Below are positions 16,604 to 25,234 of a DNA stretch of 50,403 nt, piece after piece. Below the pieces are notes generated by a model that was not told the DNA's origin, did no database searches, and saw only the letters and a list, made by a program, of their open reading frames with translations. How positions within the stretch are numbered: the stretch's first letter is position 1; every line of letters starts with the position of its first letter. The DNA is from Shigella phage Sfin-1. The stretch lies in the sequence record NC_047998.1. The stretch is one strand, 5' to 3'. The translations under genes were made by a program, and so were the position numbers.

Positions 16604-17304
16604 AATTAATCTGGTCGCTATTTGACGGTTCCGGTCTTGCTGGTCATGAACTGGCTAAGCAAGGTCACAAGGTGATGTGCTTCAACTTTGACGGAGCAGA
16701 TCACGGAGATTACGAAAAGTATAACGCCAGGGTTGAGCATCCGAACATTGAGTATGTGAACGTCTTTATTGATGAGAAGTTCGAACGTGACGCGATCTCG
16801 GGAGTGTATGGCAAGCCGGATTTTATTATGGCCTTCCCTCCTTGCACTGACCTGGCTGTTAGTGGCGCTAGTCACTTTGCAAGAAAGCGTGAGCGTGATC
16901 CGTTATTCCAGGAGAAGGCTGTCGCCACCGCCCGGATTGCCGCGAACATTGGAGATAGCCTTGGCGTGACTTACATCATTGAGAATCCGGTGAGCGTCCT
17001 GTCGTCTGCGTGGAGAAAACCAAATCACTCCTTCAATCCCTGGGAGTATGGCGGCTATCTTCCTGAGAATGACTCACACCCCTGGTTCCCGATGTATATT
17101 GCGCCGCGCGATGCTTACCCGAAGAAAACTTGTCTTTGGACCTCTGACGATTTTGTCATGCCCGAGAGAAAACCTGTAAGCCTACCTGACGGGTACTCTG
17201 CACAGCACAGTAAGCTAGGCGGCAAGTCCGCAAAGACTAAGCTGATACGCTCCCTGTCGCCCAGGGGATTTTTTAAAGCGATCGCGGATAGCACTTTTTG
17301 TTAA
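16600..17304 (+). CDS. Putative DNA (cytosine-5) methyltransferase
   Basis: Motif I-like LFDGSG, PC dipeptide (PPCTD) as candidate catalytic Cys, ENV-like IIENP; short for the family. Confidence 0.45.
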   Translation: MKLIWSLFDGSGLAGHELAKQGHKVMCFNFDGADHGDYEKYNARVEHPNIEYVNVFIDEKFERDAISGVYGKPDFIMAFPPCTDLAVSGASHFARKRERDPLFQEKAVATARIAANIGDSLGVTYIIENPVSVLSSAWRKPNHSFNPWEYGGYLPENDSHPWFPMYIAPRDAYPKKTCLWTSDDFVMPERKPVSLPDGYSAQHSKLGGKSAKTKLIRSLSPRGFFKAIADSTFC

Positions 17305-17331
17305 AACTCGATCGGTGTGATTTGGCATAAT
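17289..17331 (+). promoter_or_regulatory. Early promoter cassette (TAGCACTTTTTGTTAAAAC plus 22 bp plus CATAAT)
   Basis: Dyad overlaps the stop of the methyltransferase gene. Confidence 0.45.
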
Positions 17332-17369
17332 TACCTCATCGAAACGAGATACACATCAGGAGCAAGAAA

Positions 17370-17705
17370 ATGAAATACGAAAATCGCGGTAACGAAATCA
17401 TCAAAATCGAAAACGGCGTTGAGTACATCATGGTTGCTTGCAAGGTTAACGGAATGGACTCCTTCGTTTGGGAAGAAATCAAAACTGAAGACAAGGCAGT
17501 TAAATTCCTGACCTGTGTTAACCAGCCCGACATGGATCGCGACACATTCACTCGTTACGGTAAATATGAAATCGTTCGCGAGACTGCTTGCTTCTGGTGG
17601 GTGATGCCTAACAGCCAGTACAAATTCCCGCGCAAAATCAGTAAGCGCACCATGCGTGAAGCTGGCATCAAAGAAGCATACGCCGCTGAGTTCGATATTG
17701 CTTAA
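17370..17705 (+). CDS. Hypothetical protein (111 aa)
   Basis: AGGAG RBS. Confidence 0.45.
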   Translation: MKYENRGNEIIKIENGVEYIMVACKVNGMDSFVWEEIKTEDKAVKFLTCVNQPDMDRDTFTRYGKYEIVRETACFWWVMPNSQYKFPRKISKRTMREAGIKEAYAAEFDIA

Positions 17706-17748
17706 TAGCACGAATTGCTAAACGCCCAGAGCGAGATCGGGGTGTAGT
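17705..17748 (+). promoter_or_regulatory. Early promoter cassette (TAGCACGAATTGCTAAACG, weaker -10 TGTAGT)
   Basis: Starts directly after the TAA stop; 22-bp spacer. Confidence 0.4.
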
Positions 17749-17778
17749 GAATAAATCAACAAATCAGAGGATTAAATT

Positions 17779-17940
17779 ATGATCGTATATTGCGTAGTGG
17801 GAACTATCTACTATGAAGGTGATGAACTGATCGAGATATGCTCAACTGAAAGAAAGGCTAACGAGATCAAGAATCTTACTGAGAATGACAGAACCAACTT
17901 CTTTGATGAGATCAAGATTGTTCAAAAAGAGGTTATCTAA
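17779..17940 (+). CDS. Hypothetical small protein (53 aa), below the ORF-track cutoff
   Basis: AGAGGA RBS; exactly fills the gap between two promoter cassettes. Confidence 0.4.
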   Translation: MIVYCVVGTIYYEGDELIEICSTERKANEIKNLTENDRTNFFDEIKIVQKEVI

Positions 17941-17983
17941 TAGCACTTTTTGTTAAACGCGCATCAGGGATGGCTGGTATAGT
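17941..17983 (+). promoter_or_regulatory. Early promoter cassette (TAGCACTTTTTGTTAAACG plus 22 bp plus TATAGT)
   Basis: Spacing verified; GGATGGCT...TCATCC hairpin. Confidence 0.55.
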
Positions 17984-18014
17984 CATCCCATCAACAGCAA
18001 ATGAGGAAAGAATC

Positions 18015-18386
18015 ATGTTTAAGCAATTCATAAACCTGGACTTCTCAGCAAGCACAGCAATCCAGACTGACGAGAAAGAGAGCGTAGCGATCGAGAACAT
18101 TGCGCGCAAGATTTACAACAAGCAAGAGAAGGCGGTGAGAGCCGCTCTAAGCGCTTATTACGGTGTAAGTGATGCAATGGAGTGCGTGAACCGAGTAACC
18201 CGCGCCGTTGACCATTTAGGCGTGTCTCGTTTCATTGATAATGATACTGGAGAGACAATAATCCAGCTTAACAATCCATCAATGCGGACCGAGCTTGGCA
18301 ATATTGCATTATGGGGTGTGGCTAACTATTCAATCACCGTGAACTCCTGCATTGCGGGCCGTGTTAAGGAAGCATTGTATGAGTGA
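18015..18386 (+). CDS. Hypothetical protein (123 aa)
   Basis: Start at the ATG with GAGGA RBS. Confidence 0.45.
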   Translation: MFKQFINLDFSASTAIQTDEKESVAIENIARKIYNKQEKAVRAALSAYYGVSDAMECVNRVTRAVDHLGVSRFIDNDTGETIIQLNNPSMRTELGNIALWGVANYSITVNSCIAGRVKEALYE

Positions 18387-18579
18387 TAATATTTACCGCG
18401 TAGTGGCGATCTCACGCAAGACACAGAAGAGCGTGATCGCTTACATGGGCAGTAGCGCCATTGAAGCTACGGACGCATTCGAATTATTGAAGAACAACGA
18501 GGGGTTTATGAACACGTTCCGCGTTCGACTTGAGCGCCTCGAACCTGTTATCATTGATGAAGCGAGAAAGCTATCCTGA
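18379..18579 (+). CDS. Hypothetical protein (66 aa)
   Basis: AAGGA RBS; start overlaps the upstream stop. Confidence 0.4.
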   Translation: MSDNIYRVVAISRKTQKSVIAYMGSSAIEATDAFELLKNNEGFMNTFRVRLERLEPVIIDEARKLS

Positions 18580-18595
18580 CTGGTTAGGGGGAATA

Positions 18596-18949
18596 ATGAA
18601 CCACACTTACAAGATCACAACGAAGTCACCGAAGATTAACGGAAGCACGGTTGCGGCACTGAATAACGCGGCGGCAATTCACGAAAAAAATATCATGGAG
18701 CGCGTGAAGGCAGCGGTAGGTAGATTCTACGGGATCAACGCTGACATTGCCGACAGCAAGCGACTTTTCAAATACGTGCCAGGTCATCCATATAGCAGGA
18801 TGATTGATATCAAGCATGAAAAAGAATTGGTTCGAATCGGATCTCTCAGCATTGATGAGTTCGACCATAGCATCAACCTGGTGACGGCGTATCAAACTTG
18901 GGACGGTAAAAATGATTTACATTCACACTTTCTATACTGGCAAATTTAA
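18596..18949 (+). CDS. Hypothetical protein (117 aa)
   Basis: AGGGGG RBS. Confidence 0.45.
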   Translation: MNHTYKITTKSPKINGSTVAALNNAAAIHEKNIMERVKAAVGRFYGINADIADSKRLFKYVPGHPYSRMIDIKHEKELVRIGSLSIDEFDHSINLVTAYQTWDGKNDLHSHFLYWQI

Positions 18950-19055
18950 CAGCGTAAAAAATGTTCGCGTTTACGATAGCCATCAAAAAGCAATGATGCA
19001 GAAAGTAGTTCTAGGTGGCACAATCAAAGAGTGCAAAGTAATTTCTGAGTACTGA
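18912..19055 (+). CDS. Possible small protein (47 aa)
   Basis: ORF ends 1 nt before the next promoter dyad; weak RBS; overlaps the upstream gene 3' end. Confidence 0.25.
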   Translation: MIYIHTFYTGKFNSVKNVRVYDSHQKAMMQKVVLGGTIKECKVISEY

Positions 19056-19099
19056 TAGCACGAATAGCTAAAGACGACAAACCGGGAGTAAGGTATATT
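19056..19099 (+). promoter_or_regulatory. Early promoter cassette (TAGCACGAATAGCTAAAGA, about 23 bp, TATATT)
   Basis: GGGAGTAA/TTACTCCC hairpin around the -10. Confidence 0.45.
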
Positions 19100-19132
19100 A
19101 CTCCCACACCAAACGAAACGAAGGAATTAAAA

Positions 19133-19357
19133 ATGAGCATTAAAGTTGAGAATATCATCAAGCATTTGAACGCAAAAGGCCGTGTAGTTATCAAGATGGA
19201 TAAGTCTTCAGGTTTTATTTCAATGACAGTGACTAAGACGCGTAACGGAAATAGCGTAATCGGAAGAACCCCAGGTTCTCGCTTGATAAATGCAACAGAT
19301 GCTGATGTGCGCGCTACGCTTGAGGCCAACTCAATTTACATTAATTCATGGAGTTAA
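19133..19357 (+). CDS. Hypothetical protein (74 aa)
   Basis: GAAGGA RBS. Confidence 0.45.
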   Translation: MSIKVENIIKHLNAKGRVVIKMDKSSGFISMTVTKTRNGNSVIGRTPGSRLINATDADVRATLEANSIYINSWS

Positions 19358-19570
19358 TTGATGGAACGGGATAATTTCTGGACTCGTTATTTTGCCGCTC
19401 TTGATGCCGGGCTTAGTGCGGAATGGTGTATCAAGGTTGCATATAAAGAAATCACACTTGAGGACGCGCTAGGGAATATGGATATGGACGCAGAAAGCGA
19501 ATATAATCCAGACTTCGAGTTACCTGGCGATGATATTGATGAGGACGACGACGATTATATTCCCTGGTAA
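19358..19570 (+). CDS. Hypothetical acidic protein with SSB-like C-terminal tail (DDDDYIPW)
   Basis: C-terminus resembles the acidic tip (DDDIPF) of the SSB encoded at 32910..33323. Confidence 0.45.
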   Translation: MMERDNFWTRYFAALDAGLSAEWCIKVAYKEITLEDALGNMDMDAESEYNPDFELPGDDIDEDDDDYIPW

Positions 19571-19572
19571 AT

Positions 19573-19624
19573 AGCACGATTTGTTAATATTGCCGTAAGG
19601 TCATTTGATAAAGTGACCTTATTC
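19573..19624 (+). promoter_or_regulatory. Early promoter cassette (TAGCACGATTTGTTAATAT plus TGaTAAAGT)
   Basis: GGTCA...TGACC hairpin. Confidence 0.45.
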
Positions 19625-19650
19625 AAGATAACCAATCAGGAGTTAATGCG

Positions 19651-20067
19651 ATGAAATCAATCAAACTGAAATGTACTTACGCCGATAAAATCACAGGATT
19701 TGAAGTTAACAACCTATACAAAGGTCGAGAGCGTTTCGATGGCACTCGCGAAGTAAAATTAAAATGCGGGAAGTATTTAAAACTTGAAAAGCATGATGAA
19801 TTACAGATTCACGGATCTGATGAAATCTTCTTCGCGAAGTTCACTGAGTTGAAAACAAAGACGCTCAAGTGCACCGGGCTTGACCATCGCAACCCAATGA
19901 AAAAATCATTCAAAGTTGGCAAGCGTTACCAGGTTGAAAGCGGTCGCGCTCTCGGTGGCGTAGCTGGTTACATCTTTGATGAAGATGGTTGTCGCTGGAC
20001 CTTATTTCGCGAAGAGGTTGGTTTTAGTATCGCAGACGGCACAACCTTTGAGGCCAAATACTTATAA
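19651..20067 (+). CDS. Hypothetical protein (138 aa) with two internal repeats related to the paralogous small-domain family
   Basis: IKLKCTYADKITGFEVNNLYKG and TLKCTGLDHRNPMKKSFKVGKRYQV. Confidence 0.45.
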   Translation: MKSIKLKCTYADKITGFEVNNLYKGRERFDGTREVKLKCGKYLKLEKHDELQIHGSDEIFFAKFTELKTKTLKCTGLDHRNPMKKSFKVGKRYQVESGRALGGVAGYIFDEDGCRWTLFREEVGFSIADGTTFEAKYL

Positions 20068-20072
20068 CCAAT

Positions 20073-20113
20073 AGCACTTTTTGCAAAACGCGTGTACCAT
20101 TGGCGGTGTATCA
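20073..20113 (+). promoter_or_regulatory. Early promoter cassette (TAGCACTTTTTGCAAAACG plus 22 bp plus TATCAT)
   Basis: GGTGTA...TACACC hairpin. Confidence 0.5.
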
Positions 20114-20143
20114 TTTACACCGTCAACTAAGGAGTTTATTGTG

Positions 20144-21712
20144 ATGTTTAATATTAAGCCAAAACTGAATTACCAACAGATTATTGAGATCGCCAATAGT
20201 ACTGGAGTTAATCCGGTGGCGATCGCAATTCGTGAAAACAGCTATGGTGACTCAGTTTCATTTTGGCAAGATCCGATCGATATCAATAGCGGCAACGATA
20301 AGTTCCCTCTGATTTCGTTAGGTGGCGATAACCTGGTATTCGAATATGCAAAAGCAAAGGCCGAGTCTGTACAGTTCCCTGTTTCGTCTGCGTACGCTCA
20401 TTTCATTGGGTGCATCTCAGCCGCGATGCTCGGGAAGTTTTGGGTGCAATATCACGGAGAAGAACAACCAACCGCTCTTTACATGGTAATCAGCCAGCCA
20501 CCGTCAACAGGTAAATCTGCGATTAACTCCGCAGCGATTACGCCTATGCGCGCAGAGATTCAGCGACTGAATGAAGAGCGAAAAAAGGAACGTATCCGTT
20601 TAACCAGTCAGCTACGCCAGGTCGAGAAGGAAATTAAAAACGACCCGAAGGGTAACACGACGGCAGCGCTATACGAGGACAAAGAAAAACTGGAAGAGAA
20701 AATCAAGAAGATGGCTGATATTGTTTTCGCGGTATCAGATCCTACACCAGAAGGTCTAGCGAAAGTAGCTGCTGTTCAAGGTCATTTCTCCGTAATCTCT
20801 GATGAGGCGACAGCAATCAATACATTGCTCGGCCTGACTTATGGTGGTTCAGACAAGAAATCAAATAGTGAGCTTATCCTTAAGGCGTGGGATAAAAACC
20901 ATATGGAGGTAGCGCGTTCCAACCAGGATAACAACTTGTCCCTTTGCCCGGTCGGTTCCATCTGCGTTATTGCGCAGGATGAAACAATCAAGGGTATCAT
21001 GGACGCAGGCCAACGAGGCATCGGCGTATCTGAGCGCTTCCTTCTTGTTCGTGAGGAACCTCTTTTAGGTACTCGTATCCTTTGCGATGAAAATGGTGAT
21101 GCACTGTATAAGGAAGTCGATCGAGGATTGGTGAGTAAATATTATCGACTCGTGCACAACATTATGAAGGAGGAAAACGTTGTTCTTTCTGTAAGTCGTA
21201 ATGCTATGCGTGAATTAAACCTTGCGCGTCAGGCGATGGAGCCGGATTTCGCCGCAGGTGGGAAATACTCTCACTCAATGCTACGCGGTCATCTCGGAAA
21301 GTTCGATAAGCACGCCTTGCGTATTGCTTCAGTTCTCCACACGATCAAGAATTGGGAGGGTGAATCACCGAACCGTTCCAACCGTGAGATTGACCTTGAA
21401 ACGATGCAGGAAGCAATCATGATCTTCAATGAGCTTTCCAGGACTTATCTGTCGTCTGCCAGCGCTGCCGGGTATGCTGGTGATGAGGCTGAATCTCGTA
21501 AGCTGATTGATGTTATCACTGAGATCGCAAAGAAGAATAAAGGGCGCGCTCCTATTCATAGCATCGTTGCAAAGTGCCGGAACGTTACTCCGTTCAACGG
21601 TCAACAGAAAGTATCTGAGAGAATAGATAGCCTGCTGATCACGCTCGAAGAGATGAACTACACTTGCCGCATTGATGATATTGTTTTCATCAATCCTCGA
21701 CTGATGGGTTAA
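20144..21712 (+). CDS. Large P-loop protein (putative replication-associated ATPase, DUF3987-like)
   Basis: Walker A-like QPPSTGKSA; start at the ATG with AAGGAG RBS; largest early gene. Confidence 0.4.
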   Translation: MFNIKPKLNYQQIIEIANSTGVNPVAIAIRENSYGDSVSFWQDPIDINSGNDKFPLISLGGDNLVFEYAKAKAESVQFPVSSAYAHFIGCISAAMLGKFWVQYHGEEQPTALYMVISQPPSTGKSAINSAAITPMRAEIQRLNEERKKERIRLTSQLRQVEKEIKNDPKGNTTAALYEDKEKLEEKIKKMADIVFAVSDPTPEGLAKVAAVQGHFSVISDEATAINTLLGLTYGGSDKKSNSELILKAWDKNHMEVARSNQDNNLSLCPVGSICVIAQDETIKGIMDAGQRGIGVSERFLLVREEPLLGTRILCDENGDALYKEVDRGLVSKYYRLVHNIMKEENVVLSVSRNAMRELNLARQAMEPDFAAGGKYSHSMLRGHLGKFDKHALRIASVLHTIKNWEGESPNRSNREIDLETMQEAIMIFNELSRTYLSSASAAGYAGDEAESRKLIDVITEIAKKNKGRAPIHSIVAKCRNVTPFNGQQKVSERIDSLLITLEEMNYTCRIDDIVFINPRLMG

Positions 21713-21716
21713 TAAT

Positions 21717-22124
21717 ATGCTTCTTCTTTTAGATCTGTTCAGGTTCTGCGAAGGTTACGACAAATACACTCGACAGCACATAGCGAAATTTATATACGCC
21801 CACAAGGAAAGTGAGCGTTTTGCTAAGGCTGCTGGAATGACTCGCCGTGAGTTTACAAGCGCGCTATCTAAGGAGTTTTGCGCTCGTTGCGTGACTGAGG
21901 GTTACTTAGATCGCAAGGATGGAGTTTACTGGTGCAAGGGAAAGATTAAGCGCCCGGTAATGATGAAGCTGATGTGTATTGATGGCCACAACAATCGGTA
22001 TACGTGGGAAATGATGCACATTGGAGAGATGAGTGATGAAGATTTGTTTGGCGAACGTAGAAACATTGATAGATCGGAACGTCGAATTGTGCGCAAGGCT
22101 CCAGCTTACGAAAGAAGAATTTGA
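21717..22124 (+). CDS. Hypothetical protein (135 aa)
   Basis: Follows the P-loop gene with a 4-nt gap. Confidence 0.4.
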   Translation: MLLLLDLFRFCEGYDKYTRQHIAKFIYAHKESERFAKAAGMTRREFTSALSKEFCARCVTEGYLDRKDGVYWCKGKIKRPVMMKLMCIDGHNNRYTWEMMHIGEMSDEDLFGERRNIDRSERRIVRKAPAYERRI

Positions 22125-22236
22125 GCAAGGGTTGTTGAGTCTGTTACTCACTTCAATGAGGGCCAGTAACGAAAGCGAGCATAATCTTTGCGATAAGGAG
22201 GGGGAGTTACTCCTTCACGTAAAAAGGTACAAATAG
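22036..22236 (+). CDS. Possible hypothetical protein (66 aa) overlapping the 3' end of the previous gene
   Basis: GGAGAG RBS; stop adjoins the next promoter dyad; the overlap makes one of the two calls uncertain. Confidence 0.25.
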   Translation: MKICLANVETLIDRNVELCARLQLTKEEFEQGLLSLLLTSMRASNESEHNLCDKEGELLLHVKRYK

Positions 22237-22277
22237 CACTTTTTGTTAAAACACCCGATCTCGTATCGGGTATATTT
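22235..22277 (+). promoter_or_regulatory. Early promoter cassette (TAGCACTTTTTGTTAAAAC plus 22 bp plus TATATT)
   Basis: CCCGATCTCGTATCGGG hairpin. Confidence 0.5.
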
Positions 22278-22313
22278 GTTTCATCGAAATGAAACGACCT
22301 GAAGGAAAACATC

Positions 22314-22529
22314 ATGGCTGACAAATTTTTAGTAGTTCGCGTTTACAACCACTCTAACGGCACTAGCAGTGAGATTCCTACCCTTTACAGCAAGGCTGAT
22401 GGATGGACTGAAGAAACGGCGGTAGCGAACGAGAAGAAGGTCGCTGAGATGTACGGCGACACCTGCGAGATTGAGGTTCGCGAATACGCAAAACTCACGA
22501 ACGAAAGTTATATGTGGGAAGACGCATAA
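22314..22529 (+). CDS. Hypothetical protein (71 aa)
   Basis: GAAGGA RBS; followed by a strong terminator. Confidence 0.45.
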   Translation: MADKFLVVRVYNHSNGTSSEIPTLYSKADGWTEETAVANEKKVAEMYGDTCEIEVREYAKLTNESYMWEDA

Positions 22530-22532
22530 AAG

Positions 22533-22558
22533 AAAAGGAGGCTAAGCCTCCTTTTTTC
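22533..22558. terminator. Bidirectional intrinsic terminator between convergent genes
   Basis: AAGGAGGCT-AA-GCCTCCTT hairpin flanked by A- and T-runs. Confidence 0.7.
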
Positions 22559-22946
22559 CGTTCTTACGAAGTGAAAAATAAATCATCAACAGGCCAATAA
22601 AAACGAGAGTCCACCCTACAATTGCATCGTACCAGTTCCCCGGTTTTGTTACCGTGATGCTTTCAGCGTTAACCGTGTTAGCCTGAATGGTTGACACTTC
22701 CACAGACTTCTTGACGGATGAGTCAATCTTGCCAATATTTGAATCACTCACCTTCACTTCTCGCTTATCGTCGGCCTTTGCAGTAACTCCCGCCAGTTGC
22801 TTAGTGTTCTCAGCGCCAACCTGCGCAGTAACATCCGGGGAGTCAGAAAGTAAACCGCTCAGAGCAGATGCCGTCGAGCAACCGGATAGAGAAATAACAC
22901 CAACAGCCACTGCAATCGCAATGCACGTTTTCTTCAGTTTCATCAT
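22542..22946 (-). CDS. Unimolecular spanin (T1 gp11-type)
   Basis: N-terminal lipoprotein signal with lipobox LSGC plus C-terminal transmembrane helix; last gene of the lysis cassette. Confidence 0.6.
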   Translation of the reverse strand: MMKLKKTCIAIAVAVGVISLSGCSTASALSGLLSDSPDVTAQVGAENTKQLAGVTAKADDKREVKVSDSNIGKIDSSVKKSVEVSTIQANTVNAESITVTKPGNWYDAIVGWTLVFIGLLMIYFSLRKNGKKEA

Positions 22947-23431
22947 AATTCCTTAACGCAATACGCGTATTCTTCAGCGCGTCGGTTCTTGAGTCCTCTA
23001 GACACTTCGCGCTTTTTGGTTTTTGGATTGTAGTAGTATACCCATCGCCATAACTGATTGCACGCCTCCTTGTGCTTACTCTGATTGATTAGCTTAAGCA
23101 TTGTAGAAGATCCGAATGCGCCAGTACCAACGTTGAAAGTAAAGCTGTAGAGTGAGGCGCGCATCGTTACCGGAATTTCAACCTTAACCTTCTTGTCAAC
23201 GTATCGCTGAGCGACGCCGATATGTTTTATCAGCAATGCATCGCATTCTCGCTTAGTGTATTTCTTGCCAGGTATGACGTCCGGCCCGGTTATTCCGCTG
23301 CATACTGTAGGTACTCCGGCGATATCGTAATACACCTCGTACTCTATCCCTTCGATTCGTTCCAGTAGGGTAGGCGTCAACGTCAAAGCGGCCCCGATCG
23401 ATGCGCCTATAACGTTATTTTTTAAACTCAT
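22943..23431 (-). CDS. SAR endolysin (lysozyme, T4-lysozyme-like catalytic triad)
   Basis: E-x8-D-x5-T in [16 protein letters not shown]; Gly/Ala-rich weakly hydrophobic N-terminus typical of a signal-arrest-release domain. Confidence 0.7.
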   Translation of the reverse strand: MSLKNNVIGASIGAALTLTPTLLERIEGIEYEVYYDIAGVPTVCSGITGPDVIPGKKYTKRECDALLIKHIGVAQRYVDKKVKVEIPVTMRASLYSFTFNVGTGAFGSSTMLKLINQSKHKEACNQLWRWVYYYNPKTKKREVSRGLKNRRAEEYAYCVKEL

Positions 23432-23646
23432 TATCTCCCCCTAATCTTAAGCGCCTTATTTAGATCGCCATCGTTTAACGCTTCCTGAATTGCCTTACTG
23501 TCACGATACTTCCAGTATGCGCCCCATGCACCAAAAAGCAGAAAGCAAATGAATGTAGCGCCAGCAATATAAAGTTGCCCTGTCGCCGCACCTACCAATG
23601 AAGCGCCGCCCGTGCTTGACGTAGCTGCTGTTAAAAATTCTTTCAT
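23431..23646 (-). CDS. Holin (pinholin-like, two transmembrane segments)
   Basis: 71 aa from the internal ATG with GGTGA RBS; two hydrophobic segments and a charged C-terminus; TAATG coupling to the endolysin. Confidence 0.55.
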   Translation of the reverse strand: MKEFLTAATSSTGGASLVGAATGQLYIAGATFICFLLFGAWGAYWKYRDSKAIQEALNDGDLNKALKIRGR

Positions 23647-23764
23647 AATATCACCATATATTTTTTGAACAAGTGAGTTGATTTTAACCTTCAAATTTAC
23701 TTGATACAACGCAAAAGGGCCAGCATGTAAACCATGCCAGCCCGTAAGGTTATGAATGATATTG

Positions 23765-23941
23765 TTAATCTAGCTCAATAAATTCCAGGTAATGACCGTT
23801 CAGAGGAGATTGGATTGTTGAACCTCTGCCATCGTAAATCTCAAACAATCCACCACCGAAATCATAACCAACACTATAGATCTGATTTACGCGGAATGGA
23901 AGCGTTTTGGAATCATTTCGGATGCACTTAACTCGTTTCAT
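23765..23941 (-). CDS. Hypothetical small protein (58 aa)
   Basis: AGAGGG RBS. Confidence 0.3.
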   Translation of the reverse strand: MKRVKCIRNDSKTLPFRVNQIYSVGYDFGGGLFEIYDGRGSTIQSPLNGHYLEFIELD

Positions 23942-24004
23942 GAAATACCCTCTTTGTTTTATATGTGGTCAATATACCCGAATCCCTTCGGGAGTTTTTG
24001 GCGA

Positions 24005-25156
24005 TTAGTGCGATCCTGTCATTTCTGGACGATAGATGAATCGCCCGATTTCACCAAACTGTTTATCGTAAACGATTACCGCCGCCTGGCGATATGAGCG
24101 CCACCCTCCTCGCGCTGCGTATGCATCTTTCGCGCCTAACTGCCCGTGAACCTCATCAATACCTAACGAGTGTTCAGTAATTGTCTGATGATGCCAGTGT
24201 CCGCTATGCGTGTACACGTATTTGCTTTCACCAAAATCTGCGCGGAAATCTGCTGCCATCGCTGCAAGTCGCGTGTCTGCCTTTTTCATCGTGTGACCGT
24301 GAGTGTATCCCAACAAGGTATTTCCCCAGCGGGTCTTATGCAGAATCATAGGACTAACGTCAACGAATACTCGCGGCTCGTCCTCATAGTATGCAGCCAT
24401 TGCAGCGCGTAGCCAAATCATTCCGGCCTGGTCGTGGTTCCCTTCGATAACCTGAACTTCGACCTCTTTGTGTTTAGTCAGCATTTTGTCGATAGCTCGT
24501 CGCACCGATCGAATAGCCACATGCACCAATTTCGCATATCGTGAATCCTGATCCAGAACGTGACCACTTGCCGGGGTAACAGCATCAAGACCGTCTGAGT
24601 GAAGGAAGTCGCCGCCGATTAACAGAACAGCCTTCTCTGCGTTCGGGGCAATATCGATCGCGTAGTTAAAGAAGTCATTCAGCACTTTTTCCGCTACGTC
24701 TGTAGAGTAGTTCTCTCCGCATTCATGCTTGTGAGCAAGTGCGCCAATGTGAAGATCGAACACCGGGTAGAGTGCCAGCTTGCCAATAGCGGTTGTAAGC
24801 CCTTGCGAGGTGAGTAGCTCAGTTGGTTTTGCTCGCGGCAAGTCTTCACAGAATGCAATACGCGCAGCTTCCATCATTGCCGCAATCTTCTCACGGTCCT
24901 GATCGGTCTTAACCCATCGCACTACCTCGGTCCCATCGCCGCGAATCATAGTTGATGTGCCTTTTACCATGAATCCTTCCGGTACGTTCTTAGCAACATG
25001 CTCGTTACCGTGGAAGTGACCTTCTTTTGCAAGTTTGGCGTGACGCGCTTCAACTGTGCGGATGTGCATACCGTACTTTTCAGCGATCTCGCGAAGTGTA
25101 AGTCCGCTCATGCGCTCTTCGATAAGTTGCTCGGTAGTGATTTTAGCTTGTGACAT
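24005..25156 (-). CDS. Calcineurin-like metallophosphoesterase with N-terminal helix-turn-helix domain
   Basis: Phosphoesterase motifs D-x-H (FDLHIG), GDxxD (GGDFLHSDG), GNHD, GHTH, GHWH; N-terminal LTLREIAEKYGMHIRTVE resembles an HTH. Confidence 0.6.
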   Translation of the reverse strand: MSQAKITTEQLIEERMSGLTLREIAEKYGMHIRTVEARHAKLAKEGHFHGNEHVAKNVPEGFMVKGTSTMIRGDGTEVVRWVKTDQDREKIAAMMEAARIAFCEDLPRAKPTELLTSQGLTTAIGKLALYPVFDLHIGALAHKHECGENYSTDVAEKVLNDFFNYAIDIAPNAEKAVLLIGGDFLHSDGLDAVTPASGHVLDQDSRYAKLVHVAIRSVRRAIDKMLTKHKEVEVQVIEGNHDQAGMIWLRAAMAAYYEDEPRVFVDVSPMILHKTRWGNTLLGYTHGHTMKKADTRLAAMAADFRADFGESKYVYTHSGHWHHQTITEHSLGIDEVHGQLGAKDAYAARGGWRSYRQAAVIVYDKQFGEIGRFIYRPEMTGSH

Positions 25157-25234
25157 ATTTTAATCCTTACATGATAATGAAATACATTACTGAAAATGAA
25201 ATTAGCGGTGTTAATACTACAGCAAAATAAAGAT

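Noticed and set aside
8410-22277. Possible CRISPR array suggested by the regularly recurring conserved element
   Set aside because: Copies are 200-1600 bp apart, not 30-40 bp; they are imperfect, occur on both strands, and each intervening segment is a protein-coding gene with its own RBS. No cas genes are present.
23978-23998. Plus-strand terminator-like hairpin (CCCGAA-TCCC-TTCGGG plus T5) downstream of the HTH-phosphoesterase gene
   Set aside because: It is oriented for plus-strand transcription, but no plus-strand gene lies upstream within 1.4 kb. It may be an RNA stability element for the minus transcript; evidence is insufficient.
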